Shown: one piece after another, positions 47,615 through 57,969 of the stretch
Layout: every line of letters begins with the position of its first letter
Numbering within the stretch: the stretch's first letter is position 1
The notes under the pieces: generated by a model
Databases searched by the model: none
The model's input: only the letters and a program-made list of their open reading frames with translations
Told to the model about the DNA's origin: nothing
From: Patescibacteria group bacterium
Lineage (GTDB): Bacteria > Patescibacteriota > Minisyncoccia > UBA6257 > 2-01-FULL-56-20
DNA: 64,000 nucleotides
NCBI GenBank assembly: GCA_024654525.1
Contig: JANLHI010000032.1
Span: 172 to 64,171, forward strand
Reading direction: 5' to 3'
Position numbers and translations under genes: made by a program

Positions 47615-48331
47615 ATGATGTTCTATATTTTTCTTAAAAAATCGAGGTGCTTCTTGTATATACGCGTTCTTATGTTTGCACTGTTTACGGTGATATTTGG
47701 TTTTATACCTTACCACGCAATCGGACAAACCGAACCTGAAGTGATTATAAATTGGAAAGCACAAAGTTATACTCCTTCTTCATACTTTGGAAAATCATTA
47801 CCCATATCAAAAACAAGTATTGTCGCGTCCCTTGAGATTCTCCAAGGAGGAAAGTTTGTAGATATTTCGAAAGAAACGATATATTGGTATGTCGACAACC
47901 GCTTAATATTCAGCGGGAAAGGACCGCAACGCGTGTCATTCCGTGCACCGGAACAACTGCAGGGGTCGCTCTCTTTACGCGTAGAGCTACCGTCTTATAA
48001 CGGGACATCACTCATAAAAGCCGTTACTATTCCTATTGTACGTCCGGAAGTGATAATTATAGCACCCTCTCAAGAGGGGAAGATATCCCTTCCCTCCACG
48101 ACATTTACAAGCGCACCTTATTTTTTCAACATCACGAATCCCGCAGAACTCTCTTTCCAGTGGAGCATAAACGATGAACCCGCCATACCTACAGGGAACC
48201 CCACTATGCTTACCGCAACCATCGGCGGTGCAGGAGCCGTAGGATCATCTCTTCGCATCGGCCTCTCCGTAATAAATCCGGCATATGACTTTGAAACAGC
48301 GCAATCCACCATAACCATGACTATTCGATGA
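47615..48331 (+). CDS. Hypothetical exported beta-rich (Ig-like) protein (start uncertain)
   Basis: Signal-like segment, WKAQSYTP..Y.GK.LP, YWYVD, PYFF...FQWSIN. Confidence 0.75.
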   Translation: MMFYIFLKKSRCFLYIRVLMFALFTVIFGFIPYHAIGQTEPEVIINWKAQSYTPSSYFGKSLPISKTSIVASLEILQGGKFVDISKETIYWYVDNRLIFSGKGPQRVSFRAPEQLQGSLSLRVELPSYNGTSLIKAVTIPIVRPEVIIIAPSQEGKISLPSTTFTSAPYFFNITNPAELSFQWSINDEPAIPTGNPTMLTATIGGAGAVGSSLRIGLSVINPAYDFETAQSTITMTIR

Positions 48332-49395
48332 AGAAAAGCCATATATTATTTTCTTTTATATTATTACTGTCACTTGCTTTCTTTTCGCACGCCTCAACCA
48401 TAAACACCACCATTCCCGGTACAAATCCCACTGCAAGCAACCCTGCGGGGTTTGTTGCAAATTTTTATCAATTTTCCCTAATGCTCGGGGGATTGCTTGC
48501 CTTCGGTGCCATTGTCTACGGCGCAATCACTTACACCATATCCGCGGGTAATCCGGAGATGCAACGCGACGGAAAAGACAGAATTACACAAGCTCTTATT
48601 GGTCTTGCTCTTCTTATGGGCGCGGTACTTATCATCAATTTTATTAATCCCGATATTATCACCCACCCTAACCGGACAACATTCATTCTTAAGGACATCA
48701 ACACGCAAGGACTTAAAGACAATACTTCTGAAAACCCCTTGCAGTACGATCCCTCTTCGGCAGTGAACTACAACGAGCTGCATGAACAAATGGTAGCGGC
48801 ACGAGAAGAATATCAAAAACTTGAAGACCAAGTTATAACCCTTCGTCAGGAAGCGGCATATTTAGAAGAAGATGCGCTGTACGACCCGGCGGCAAAGGCG
48901 CAAGTAGATGAATTTAATAGACAAGCAGATGTCCTTGAACAACAACTCACCGGAAAAAAGGCAGAAACAAATTCGACGATATATAAACTGCGAGCAGACA
49001 CCGCGGCGCTTTCCAATGATGCTGAGCAAATAAAATTTTTAAAGGAGGCGAATGATCAGCAACTTGATTCTGCAATAGCCAAGGCAAAAGCCGGAGATGA
49101 TGTGCAAACCGCCAATGCGCTAGTAATTCGACAATACACAGATGGCCTTAATCTTACACAAAAAGCTGCACTTGCGGCAATCGCCCAGACCAATAAAACA
49201 CATAGTGCGCGTGATCTTGGCGATGTATATAGCGCCATCACTAGTCTTGAAACGGGAAGCGGGAAAATAAAATTGGAAGCGCTCAAAAAAGCTCATCCTG
49301 ATAAAGCGGAAGAAATACAAAAAACAGCGGATGACACTATTAAGGCAATCCGAGCCGCATATGACGGAATTGACGTAGAGGGACTTCTTCCATAG
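48328..49395 (+). CDS. VirB2/TrbC-like pilin domain fused to a helical extension
   Basis: SHA cleavage site, LAFGAIVYGAI.Y..SAGNP....GKDRI..ALIGL.L...INP, then a coiled coil. Confidence 0.8.
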   Translation: MKKSHILFSFILLLSLAFFSHASTINTTIPGTNPTASNPAGFVANFYQFSLMLGGLLAFGAIVYGAITYTISAGNPEMQRDGKDRITQALIGLALLMGAVLIINFINPDIITHPNRTTFILKDINTQGLKDNTSENPLQYDPSSAVNYNELHEQMVAAREEYQKLEDQVITLRQEAAYLEEDALYDPAAKAQVDEFNRQADVLEQQLTGKKAETNSTIYKLRADTAALSNDAEQIKFLKEANDQQLDSAIAKAKAGDDVQTANALVIRQYTDGLNLTQKAALAAIAQTNKTHSARDLGDVYSAITSLETGSGKIKLEALKKAHPDKAEEIQKTADDTIKAIRAAYDGIDVEGLLP

Positions 49396-49401
49396 CACAC
49401 C

Positions 49402-50628
49402 ATGAAACGATTTCTTTATCTTATCGCCATCCTCGCCGTTATCGGTCTTATTATAGGTGCATTTTTCTTTTTCCAATATCGTAGCGATTCTCCTGTACAA
49501 GAAGAATCTTCAGAGGGCACACTTCCCGCATCAACCGAACCTATATCAATATATCCTTCGGAACAAAAAAATCCCGATGTTATTCCGGATCCGAATACCC
49601 CCATATCTCTTGGCGGAGGGCTGACCATCGCATACCCTAATCCGGTTTTTGCGTTCGCACTTGCCCCTGACGGCGACGTGATTATCATCGATCCTAAAGG
49701 AAAAGTGAGTATCCTTCCCGCGTCAGCAGGTACTGCGGCTGTTGCCGCAATCACTTTGAGTCCCACTCCCATTACCAATCTTTGGAAAGCTTCATTTTCC
49801 GCAGACGCATCGAAAATTCTCGTCCTTTTCGGAAATCCACACGCACCACAATCGGCAATATTTAATGTCGCTACAAAAACATGGCAACCTTTCCCCATCT
49901 CTATTATGGATGGCGCATGGGCACCCACGGGTCTTTCTGTCGCCTATATCACCGATAAGAATGGGATAAGCTCCCTTTCTACGTTAGATATTTCAAGTCC
50001 AAATAATAAATCACAAGAGCTTTTCAAAACTCATTTTACGGACATCTCTCTTGCATGGCCTGAATCCAATCGTATTTTTATTTATGAGCGTGCAAGCTCT
50101 CTCGTTCCTTCAAATGCGTGGAATTTCGACGTAAAGAAAAAAGGTTTATCTTCTTTTGCAATCGCACAACGCGGACTGATAACATCATGGTTTCCTTCAT
50201 CCGCCAGTGGTCTTGCATTTATCGCGGGCGATGCAGGAAAAGGGGGAAACCTGTTCCTTATTTCTCCTCAAGGTGACGTCCAGGAACGCTTCTCATTTCT
50301 TACACTTCCCAGTAAATGTTCCATTGCCCCTTCATCTGATACGCGCACTTCATCCACATCCGCGCTTTCAGATTCCTCACTGCTTATCTGCGGAATTCCA
50401 CGTAACACTTCGGCATTACAAATAACATCTCTTCCCGATGCATATTACAAAAACTCTCTCTTCACCAACGATGCGATTTATGCAATAGATCTCTCTACGG
50501 GTATTACGCGCACACTTTTTGATGACACTACAAAAAATTTCGATGCTTCATCACTCTCCTCCTCGCGCACCACTGCATATTTCATCAATCGCTACGACAA
50601 AAAACTTTATTCAATTCTTATACAATAG
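49402..50628 (+). CDS. Membrane-anchored beta-propeller-like protein
   Basis: N-terminal TM, repeated blade motifs (APDG, FSADASKI, WAPTG), FINRYDKKLY C-terminus. Confidence 0.7.
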   Translation: MKRFLYLIAILAVIGLIIGAFFFFQYRSDSPVQEESSEGTLPASTEPISIYPSEQKNPDVIPDPNTPISLGGGLTIAYPNPVFAFALAPDGDVIIIDPKGKVSILPASAGTAAVAAITLSPTPITNLWKASFSADASKILVLFGNPHAPQSAIFNVATKTWQPFPISIMDGAWAPTGLSVAYITDKNGISSLSTLDISSPNNKSQELFKTHFTDISLAWPESNRIFIYERASSLVPSNAWNFDVKKKGLSSFAIAQRGLITSWFPSSASGLAFIAGDAGKGGNLFLISPQGDVQERFSFLTLPSKCSIAPSSDTRTSSTSALSDSSLLICGIPRNTSALQITSLPDAYYKNSLFTNDAIYAIDLSTGITRTLFDDTTKNFDASSLSSSRTTAYFINRYDKKLYSILIQ

Positions 50629-51046
50629 GCTTTATCACCACGCATCTCTCTTTTCCTTCTCCCACACTTTCAGTTTTTACATCAGGATGCACCGCAAGAG
50701 CCGTATGTATAATACGTCTTTCATAAGAATTCATTGCGGGTAATGCAACTTCATTTTTTGTTGTATGTACTTTTTTTGCGGCGGCTTTCGCAAGCTCCGC
50801 AATCAAATTTTCTCTCTCATGCCTGTAATTATTCACATCGAATATCACAGGCGCATCATCGTGCTTTCGAGATATGAGTTGCATCACATGATTAATACTC
50901 GACACAAGTGTCGGCAAACATTCTTTTATAAATTCAGGATTCTCATATATAAATACGCTTCCTCTTTTATCGTCCCCAACTTCCACGCGAAAATCGCGAA
51001 ATCCCATCCGTTCCAATAACTGTTGTATGAAAATTTGATAGTTCAT
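50618..51046 (-). CDS. jag: Jag/KhpB-like R3H RNA-binding protein (short form)
   Basis: DVNNYR, MNSYERRIIH, TESVGEG..R.VVI. Downstream of yidC. Confidence 0.88.
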   Translation of the reverse strand: MNYQIFIQQLLERMGFRDFRVEVGDDKRGSVFIYENPEFIKECLPTLVSSINHVMQLISRKHDDAPVIFDVNNYRHERENLIAELAKAAAKKVHTTKNEVALPAMNSYERRIIHTALAVHPDVKTESVGEGKERCVVIKPIV

Positions 51047-51747
51047 GAGTGGGAAAATTCCTTATTCACGATAAGTTGTTGCACTACGGAAAAAAGAGAA
51101 GAGGTAAGCCAATATAAGCTAATCGCCGCAGGGAATCCCCAAAATATGACTAACGTAAGAATTGGGGCTATAAAAACCATATTGCGACTTATTCGTTCGG
51201 CGTCAGAGAGCTTCTCTCCATCCTTTCTTTTTGGTAAAGCTAATTTACCTTGTAAATATTGGGCCGCTGCCGCAAAACACACCATGACGATACTCCGCTC
51301 CCCTAAATTAATCAAGCCGAGAAGTGTGGCGCTAAGTATTGCGGGTGCATGGACAAACGAGTAGATACCTTCAGTAATCGCCTCGGGGGCCGCGATACCG
51401 GAGAATACATGATATAGCGCAATAAGCACCGGAAGTTGGAGAAAAAGGAGAAGAATACCCGAAAAAGGATTGATTTTGTTTTCACGATACAAACCCATCA
51501 TCGCTTTCGCTTGTTGCTCTCGATCGCCGGAATGTTTCTCTTGAATTTTCTTAAGTTCAGGTTGCAAGCGCTGCATCACCGCTTGATGCCGTACGCTTTT
51601 ATGAAATACCGGAAAAAGAATCAGCCGGATAGCTATAGTGAGAAGGATGATGGCAATACCAAGATCACCGAAAGAAACACTGTTATACAGCACAATAAGG
51701 GCATTGAGGAGTGGCTGATATAAGAACGTATAGTATAAGAAATACAT
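51043..51747 (-). CDS. yidC: Membrane protein insertase YidC/Oxa1 (short form)
   Basis: GIAIILLTIAIRLILFP, LQPELKKIQ, INPFSG...QLP, LYW. Confidence 0.95.
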   Translation of the reverse strand: MYFLYYTFLYQPLLNALIVLYNSVSFGDLGIAIILLTIAIRLILFPVFHKSVRHQAVMQRLQPELKKIQEKHSGDREQQAKAMMGLYRENKINPFSGILLLFLQLPVLIALYHVFSGIAAPEAITEGIYSFVHAPAILSATLLGLINLGERSIVMVCFAAAAQYLQGKLALPKRKDGEKLSDAERISRNMVFIAPILTLVIFWGFPAAISLYWLTSSLFSVVQQLIVNKEFSHS

Positions 51748-51748
51748 T

Positions 51749-52099
51749 TTAGCGAGATACTTTCTGTTGTTCAGTGATTATATATTGAACAATAGCATGA
51801 TGCGCTTTTTCAATCTCCCCGCGAAGATTATGGTGAGAAAGAGAAACTACTGCGCGAGTAAGAATAAATACTACGTCGTAAGCCTCTTTAAATTTCCACG
51901 TACGCACCTCTCCTAGAATTTTCCTTTTTAACCCATGGCGGCGAACTGACAATGGCTCAACGGAGTTGCTAATTACAACCCCAAACATACTCTCTTTTTG
52001 TTTATTAGGGCCACCTTTTACACTAAGGTAACGACTGATATAAAGAAGCCGTGCGCGCAACGCCCTAGGGACCAGTGCGCGCATCTTCCTTGGAAGCAT
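51749..52099 (-). CDS. rnpA: Ribonuclease P protein component
   Basis: MLP...R, FGVVIS, SVRRH.LKR (RNR-like motif), conserved position between rpmH and yidC. Confidence 0.8.
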   Translation of the reverse strand: MLPRKMRALVPRALRARLLYISRYLSVKGGPNKQKESMFGVVISNSVEPLSVRRHGLKRKILGEVRTWKFKEAYDVVFILTRAVVSLSHHNLRGEIEKAHHAIVQYIITEQQKVSR

Positions 52100-52102
52100 A
52101 TA

Positions 52103-52237
52103 CTATACAGAAAGGCGTTTTCGCCCCTTCTGCCGCCGGCGCCGAAGCACAGATTGACCTCCGGGACGCCTTTGCCGAATCAGAAACCCGTGCGTTCGCG
52201 CTCTCTTCTTCTTTTTTGGCTGATATGTCTGCGACAT
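52103..52237 (-). CDS. rpmH: 50S ribosomal protein L34 (not in the ORF track)
   Basis: [44 protein letters not shown]. Confidence 0.95.
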   Translation of the reverse strand: MSQTYQPKKKKRARTHGFLIRQRRPGGQSVLRRRRQKGRKRLSV

Positions 52238-52504
52238 AGCATCATTCTACACATATTTTCTATAAACACAACATTTTTAACCTCCTTGCGCAACTCATTA
52301 TGCACAGAAAATCCCCAAACCTATTCCTTTATTTTTTGACTCGCGGAGATTTCTTCATACAATTAACTCATTGGTTTCTTTTCTTTCTCTATTTTTATTA
52401 TGCGCTTCGGTAAAAAATTAATTCCTATGTTTGAGGGTGCGCCGATTGCTCTTAGTAAAATCCACTATCCTTTGTCGAGGATACGTTTTTAACCTTTTAA
52501 CAAA

Positions 52505-53863
52505 ATGAACCTCGAAGAGTTATGGCAGTCAACGCTTGCTGAAATGGAAGTACAGCTTTCGAGGGCTAATTTTTCTACGTGGCTCAAGAACAGTCACCTT
52601 GTAAATAAACAGGATGGAACTTTTTTTATCGCCCTCCCGAATAATTTTGCAAAAGAATGGGTAGAAAATAAATACAATAAAAATCTCCTTGGTATTTTGA
52701 GAAATTTTGACGCTTCTGCACGGAAATTGGAATTTGTTGTGGCCTCTCAAAATGTTATAGCACCTTTACGTAAAGAATCTTCATCCACACAATCTCCTCA
52801 AGCGGAAAATCAAATGCGCCTCGAACTTAAAATAGATCCGGAAACAAATCTTAATCCCCGATATACCCTGTCTTCTTTTGTAGTGGGACCCTCAAACGAA
52901 CTGGCGTTCGCGGCGGCATCAGCAATTATCAATGATGTTGGGTCAAAATATAATCCCTTCTTCATATACGGAGGAGTGGGACTCGGAAAGACTCATCTTA
53001 TACAAGCGATTGGCAACGAAGTAAAAGCGAAGTATCAAGGGAAAATACGACCGAAATATGTTCCTTCCGAACGTTTTACAAGCGATGTGGTGTGGGCTAT
53101 TAGAAATAAGAGAATGGAAGATATAAAGAAAAAATACAGAGATGTGGATCTCTTAATTATTGATGATATTCAATTTATAGGGGGAAAGGAAAAAACGGAA
53201 GAGGAGTTTTTTCATACATTTAACACTCTTTATGAAAATAATAAACAAATCATTATCTCATCGGATAGGCCTCCTCAATCAATTCCAACGCTGGAAGAGC
53301 GTCTTCGCTCTCGGTTCGAAGGAGGCCTTATTACCGACGTAAGTTATCCGGAATACGAAATGCGCGTGGCTATTATTAAAACCAAGCTTCAGGAATTAAA
53401 TCAAAGCCTCCCCGCAAACGTTATTGATGTTATTGCAAAGCGTATGAAGAAAAATATTCGCGAACTTGAAGGAACTCTTAATAAAATTCTTTTCTATCAA
53501 GAACGAAAGCAAACACAAATAACCGAGAGTGTGGCGGAGGATATTATTGAAAAATCATCTCAAAACCTTTCTCGTCGCGTTACCGACGCACAAGTCCTTA
53601 AAGCGGTTGCGGAGTTTTTTAATATCAATACTGCCGATCTTCTAAGTCATAATAGAAGGAAAGAAGTTGTGGAGCCACGTCAAATCGTGATGTTTCTTCT
53701 TCGGGATATGTTGGAGTTATCCTACCCCTCTATTGGGGAAAAGATGGGGAAAGATCACACCACCGCAATCCATGCTTATGAAAAAATCAGCAGGGATGTG
53801 AATAAGTATGCCGCTCTTAACCAGAAAATCCTCATGATACGCGACATGATATACAAGGGATAA
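52505..53863 (+). CDS. dnaA: Chromosomal replication initiator DnaA
   Basis: YNPFFIYGGVGLGKTHL, IDDIQF, SDRPP, RLRSRF, KDHTT. Confidence 0.99.
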   Translation: MNLEELWQSTLAEMEVQLSRANFSTWLKNSHLVNKQDGTFFIALPNNFAKEWVENKYNKNLLGILRNFDASARKLEFVVASQNVIAPLRKESSSTQSPQAENQMRLELKIDPETNLNPRYTLSSFVVGPSNELAFAAASAIINDVGSKYNPFFIYGGVGLGKTHLIQAIGNEVKAKYQGKIRPKYVPSERFTSDVVWAIRNKRMEDIKKKYRDVDLLIIDDIQFIGGKEKTEEEFFHTFNTLYENNKQIIISSDRPPQSIPTLEERLRSRFEGGLITDVSYPEYEMRVAIIKTKLQELNQSLPANVIDVIAKRMKKNIRELEGTLNKILFYQERKQTQITESVAEDIIEKSSQNLSRRVTDAQVLKAVAEFFNINTADLLSHNRRKEVVEPRQIVMFLLRDMLELSYPSIGEKMGKDHTTAIHAYEKISRDVNKYAALNQKILMIRDMIYKG

Positions 53864-54004
53864 TCCACATGTATTCCAATTCTCTAATTCATTTTAAGCC
53901 TTATATAACATGCGTTTCTGGATTTATCCACATACCCACACCCTCTAATAACAGTAGTAACAACAATAATAAATATTAATTAATATAGAATTCTTATTAT
54001 TACT
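53861..54004. other. Replication origin oriC (dnaA-dnaN intergenic)
   Basis: TAATCCACA (53861), TTATCCACA (53924) and ATACCCACA, then a CCC motif, DnaA-trio-like triplets (ata aca gta gta aca aca ata ata) and an AT-rich stretch. Another box-like TTATGCACA at 52298. Strand composition flips by eye around here. Confidence 0.85.
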
Positions 54005-55114
54005 ATGAAAGCTATTATTCTTAGAACCGGGTTGCTTGAGGGGATAGTTACCGTGAGTAAGTTAGCAGTCGGTGACGCTCTCCCTATTCTTAAGAATATC
54101 CTTATCGAAGCTCAAAATAATAAACTCATCCTTACCGCGACAAATCTCGAAACAGCAATTCAGAAAACAATATTAGGAAAAGTTATCGAAACAGGAAAAG
54201 TCTCGATTCCCGCAAAAGCGTTTTCTGATGTAATAAGCGCATTAAGAAGCGAAAGGATTAATTTAGACCAAAAAGAGCATAATCTTTCAATTACATCCGA
54301 CAATTATCACGCAACTTTTCAAGGGCTTTCCGTGGAAGATTTTCCTATAATTCCCAAGATAAAAACCAAAGAAGCATGTATTGAGTGTAAGGCAGATATT
54401 TTTAAAGATGCGCTTGAATCTGTCTTGATCGCAACTGAATTTTCCGACTTACGTCCCGAGTTGAATAGCGTACTTCTCCATATTTCTTCGGATGGTATCA
54501 AGCTTGTTGCGACAGATAGCTTTCGTCTCGCAGAGCGTCATATTCCAACTTCGCAATTCACCACTACTATCGCACAAGAGATGAAAGTGCTTATTCCGCT
54601 TAAAACTAACCAAGGGTTGGCGCGTATATTAGACACGGATGGAAGTGTAAAAATCTATATTGATGAAAATCAAATATTATTTTCCACTCCGGATACGGAA
54701 TGTATTTCTAGACTTGTAGAGGGAAATTTTCCTGAATATTCGGGAATTATTCCATCCTCGTTTCAATCCGAACTTACTCTTGAGAAAGAAGATTTTGCCG
54801 AGGCTTTGAAATTAGCAAGTGTATTCAGTGAAAAAAACAATGAGATTAAGATTTCTTTTTCGAAAGAAAAGAAGGCGATTGATATCAGTTCTGCCCAACA
54901 AGGTCTTGGTGAAAATGTATATACACTTCCTATAAATATAACAGGCGACGGAGGAGAGGTTCTTTTTAATAGCAGATACATTCACGATATGCTTCGTGTT
55001 GCGCGCGGAAAGGAGTTGTTTATAGGGCTTAATGATGAAAGCTCCCCCGCTCTTCTTCGTGTAGTAGGAGATGCTTCATATTGTTATATTGTAAAACCCA
55101 TTTTGAAAACATAA
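54005..55114 (+). CDS. dnaN: DNA polymerase III beta sliding clamp
   Basis: LPILKNIL, ATNLE, DFP, RPEL, VATDSFRLAE, SRLVEGNFPEY. Confidence 0.97.
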   Translation: MKAIILRTGLLEGIVTVSKLAVGDALPILKNILIEAQNNKLILTATNLETAIQKTILGKVIETGKVSIPAKAFSDVISALRSERINLDQKEHNLSITSDNYHATFQGLSVEDFPIIPKIKTKEACIECKADIFKDALESVLIATEFSDLRPELNSVLLHISSDGIKLVATDSFRLAERHIPTSQFTTTIAQEMKVLIPLKTNQGLARILDTDGSVKIYIDENQILFSTPDTECISRLVEGNFPEYSGIIPSSFQSELTLEKEDFAEALKLASVFSEKNNEIKISFSKEKKAIDISSAQQGLGENVYTLPINITGDGGEVLFNSRYIHDMLRVARGKELFIGLNDESSPALLRVVGDASYCYIVKPILKT

Positions 55115-55140
55115 GTCGTTTTTAAAAGAGACGGATAATG

Positions 55141-57651
55141 TTAGCGGTAGAATATAAGTTGTGTTTTTGCAATAAGGCTTTCCCCGTCGTAAAAATTTAT
55201 CTCAAGAAGGTTTTGTTGTTTTGCATCATTAAGAGAAATGGAATGAGAAAACGGCATATTAGGAATGAATATTTTTTGTTCCGTTGCAACGAGATACCCG
55301 TTAAGGTTAATGCGGATATTATTTGCAACTCGAGTTCCCGTAAGATGTCCTTGTATTGAAATTGTTGATTCTTGGACTACCGATCCGTTTTTTGGAAAGT
55401 CTATATATGCACCCGAAGCAGTAAGCGTGGATGTGGTGTTTTCAAATATAGGAACTGTTCCTGCATTGTAGCTAGCAAAGTCAGGGATATTTTGAGATGC
55501 CCAATGTAATACGCCGACTTCCCAGTTTTCAAACTGAGGGTCAAAAGAAGGATCTTGGGGAGTCGGTCCAGAAGGATTTCCTTTATCAACGGAATATAAG
55601 ATTGTGTGAATCTGACGGTTTGAAAGATAATCGCCTGCAAGAATGGGTTTTGTAGTAACCACCGGATCAGGGCGAGAAAATAATTCGATAGGAAAAGTTT
55701 TTATCGCATGGGCTTCTGAGAAAAAAGCGTGCCAAATCGGGACTGCGGCAAAAATACTCGATCCGTATTTATGGAGAGGAGAGTTGTCGTTATTTCCCGC
55801 CCACACGCCCACTACAAGCGATGGAGTATATCCTAACGTCCATGCATCCCGATAGTCATTCGAAGTACCCGTCTTGAGCGCTACGGTGCGATCAGGAAGT
55901 GTTGTGTATGATGTGCTGTTGCCGAAAAGAGCTCGACGAGCATTTATATCGGTAAGGATGTCGTTTACCATGCGAACATATTGAGCATCGACGATTCGTT
56001 CGCCGGCATCGCGAAACGATTCTATAATAGTGTTTGAACCGTCGCGAATCTCAAGAATGTAAGAAGAAGTGTGTCGGATGCCGTCATTAGCAAGTGTGGC
56101 ATACGCACTTACAAGGTCGGCAAGATAAATCGCTCCTCCTCCGAGAACAAGGGAAAGGCCATATGTTTCAGGGTTAGTGAGTGTGGTAATGCCGAATCGT
56201 TGTGCGTTAGCGATAACATTAGTCATTCCTGCAAGATAAAGAACTTTTACCGCGGGAATATTTCTCGATAATGCGAGTGCGCTTCTTAGTGTTATAGGTC
56301 CGCGGAAAAGGCCGTCAAAGTTGTGAGGGTGGAAACAGTTTAAAGAAGGGGCGCTTATCCCTGTTTCCGTGTTGTTTGGTAGAGGTATTGCAGGGCATTC
56401 AGGGTTGTTTGCAGTAAATTCTGTTTCTACGTCGAAAAGAATTGTTTCTGGAGTGTATCCTCGCTCAAATGCCGTGAGATATACAAACGGTTTTAGTGAT
56501 GACCCTGGTTGACGAAGTCCTTGTGTTGCGACGTTGAAATTACCTTCACGAGAGGAATCGAAATAATCTCGTGAGCCGGCAAGTGCAAGGACTTGTCCTG
56601 TTTTAGGGTCTTCCGCGACAAGAGCGGCGTTTGTTCCTCCATATAAATTCTCATTACGCTCCGCTCCTGCTTTTACTGTTTGCTCGGCAAGCTGTTGAAG
56701 ATCCCAATCGAGACTTGTAATTACTCGAAGGCCTCCTTTTTGAACCATATCCTCTCCGTATTTTTGTGTAAGATAGTCCTGTACAAGCATAGTAAAGTGC
56801 GGAGCTTTAATTGTTTGTCCCGGTGGGGCGAAGATAATTTCCTGCGAAAGTGCTTTTTCATATTCATCCTCGGTGAGCATGTTAAACTCTTTCATTTTTT
56901 TTAAAACAAATTGCTGGCGCGTAAGGAGTTCTGCGCGGTGATTCCCTCTCGGCGAATAATATGTCGGAGCTTTTGGAAGGGATGCGAGTATAGCCGCTTC
57001 CGCAATCGAAAGATCTTGAGCGCGCTTGTTGAAAAATGTTTCACTGGCTGCTTCAACGCCGTATGCGGTGGGACCGTACGGTATTTCATTCAGATATAAT
57101 TCGAGGATTTCATCCTTGGAATAATGACGATTTAAATCAGTGGCAAGAATAAGCTCTTTAAGTTTTCGAGTAATGGTTTGCTCTGGAGTAAGAAAGGCGT
57201 TTTTGGCGAGTTGTTGAGTAATAGTTGATCCTCCTTGCACAATTTTTCCATTGCGCACATTCGCGAGAAAAGAGCGTAAAATAGCTTTCCAATCAAAGGC
57301 GGGTTCGGTATAGAAACGATCGTCCTCAACAGCGATGGTGGCGTTTCGAAGGTATTGGGGAATGTCCGCAAGAGGAATTATCGTTCTTCGTTCTCCTCCG
57401 CTTATTTCATAAAGCACCACTTCTCCAGTGCGGTCATATATTTTTGTCGATTGGACTACTTGGCGGTGTGTTATTTGTTCTACCGACGGGAGATCGCTAC
57501 GAAGTGTGTTGTAGAGGATGATCCCTGTTATTATTGCTATCACCCCACCGATGAGTGTGAGTAGTAATACCCCCCATAAAATTTTAGAGATGAGACTACG
57601 AGGGTGTCGCGTATGTTTTTTAGAATGATGAGGCGTAGGATGCATATTCAT
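55141..57651 (-). CDS. Class A penicillin-binding protein (PBP1A family)
   Basis: EDDRFY, QGGSTITQQL, RKLKE, YLNEI, QPGSSLKP, SRN, KTGTS. Confidence 0.96.
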   Translation of the reverse strand: MNMHPTPHHSKKHTRHPRSLISKILWGVLLLTLIGGVIAIITGIILYNTLRSDLPSVEQITHRQVVQSTKIYDRTGEVVLYEISGGERRTIIPLADIPQYLRNATIAVEDDRFYTEPAFDWKAILRSFLANVRNGKIVQGGSTITQQLAKNAFLTPEQTITRKLKELILATDLNRHYSKDEILELYLNEIPYGPTAYGVEAASETFFNKRAQDLSIAEAAILASLPKAPTYYSPRGNHRAELLTRQQFVLKKMKEFNMLTEDEYEKALSQEIIFAPPGQTIKAPHFTMLVQDYLTQKYGEDMVQKGGLRVITSLDWDLQQLAEQTVKAGAERNENLYGGTNAALVAEDPKTGQVLALAGSRDYFDSSREGNFNVATQGLRQPGSSLKPFVYLTAFERGYTPETILFDVETEFTANNPECPAIPLPNNTETGISAPSLNCFHPHNFDGLFRGPITLRSALALSRNIPAVKVLYLAGMTNVIANAQRFGITTLTNPETYGLSLVLGGGAIYLADLVSAYATLANDGIRHTSSYILEIRDGSNTIIESFRDAGERIVDAQYVRMVNDILTDINARRALFGNSTSYTTLPDRTVALKTGTSNDYRDAWTLGYTPSLVVGVWAGNNDNSPLHKYGSSIFAAVPIWHAFFSEAHAIKTFPIELFSRPDPVVTTKPILAGDYLSNRQIHTILYSVDKGNPSGPTPQDPSFDPQFENWEVGVLHWASQNIPDFASYNAGTVPIFENTTSTLTASGAYIDFPKNGSVVQESTISIQGHLTGTRVANNIRINLNGYLVATEQKIFIPNMPFSHSISLNDAKQQNLLEINFYDGESLIAKTQLIFYR

Positions 57652-57746
57652 ATAATAGAGGTCTTTGATATTTTGCCATAAACCCTCCGGAAAGAGGAGT
57701 TTGCGAAAAGAGGACGAGAAGGAGTACTACAATAAAAATAAGAAAA

Positions 57747-57767
57747 CCTCGCCCGAAGTGGGCGAGG
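57747..57767 (-). terminator. Intrinsic terminator
   Basis: cctcgccc-N5-gggcgagg followed by TTTTCTT on the minus strand. Confidence 0.7.
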
Positions 57768-57789
57768 CAAGAATCTTTCGATATACGTT

Positions 57790-57969
57790 TTATTCGTTAT
57801 TATCGAAACCTTCTTCGTTTTTTTCTCTTCGGCCTTCGACATCTTCTTCATCCAAAGGAAGCAACGTTTCTTCAGAATCATTACCAAACGTCATCGGGGC
57901 ATCGTCTCCCTCCACTTCTTCGTCGCTTAATCCCCGAGATGCTGACTGTATTTTATGATACTCCGTCAT
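57790..57969 (-). CDS. Small, highly acidic hypothetical protein (59 aa, not in the ORF track)
   Basis: MTEYHKIQSASRGLSDEEVEGDDAPMTFGNDSEETLLPLDEEDVEGRREKNEEGFDNNE, with TTGACA upstream and a terminator downstream. Confidence 0.6.
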   Translation of the reverse strand: MTEYHKIQSASRGLSDEEVEGDDAPMTFGNDSEETLLPLDEEDVEGRREKNEEGFDNNE

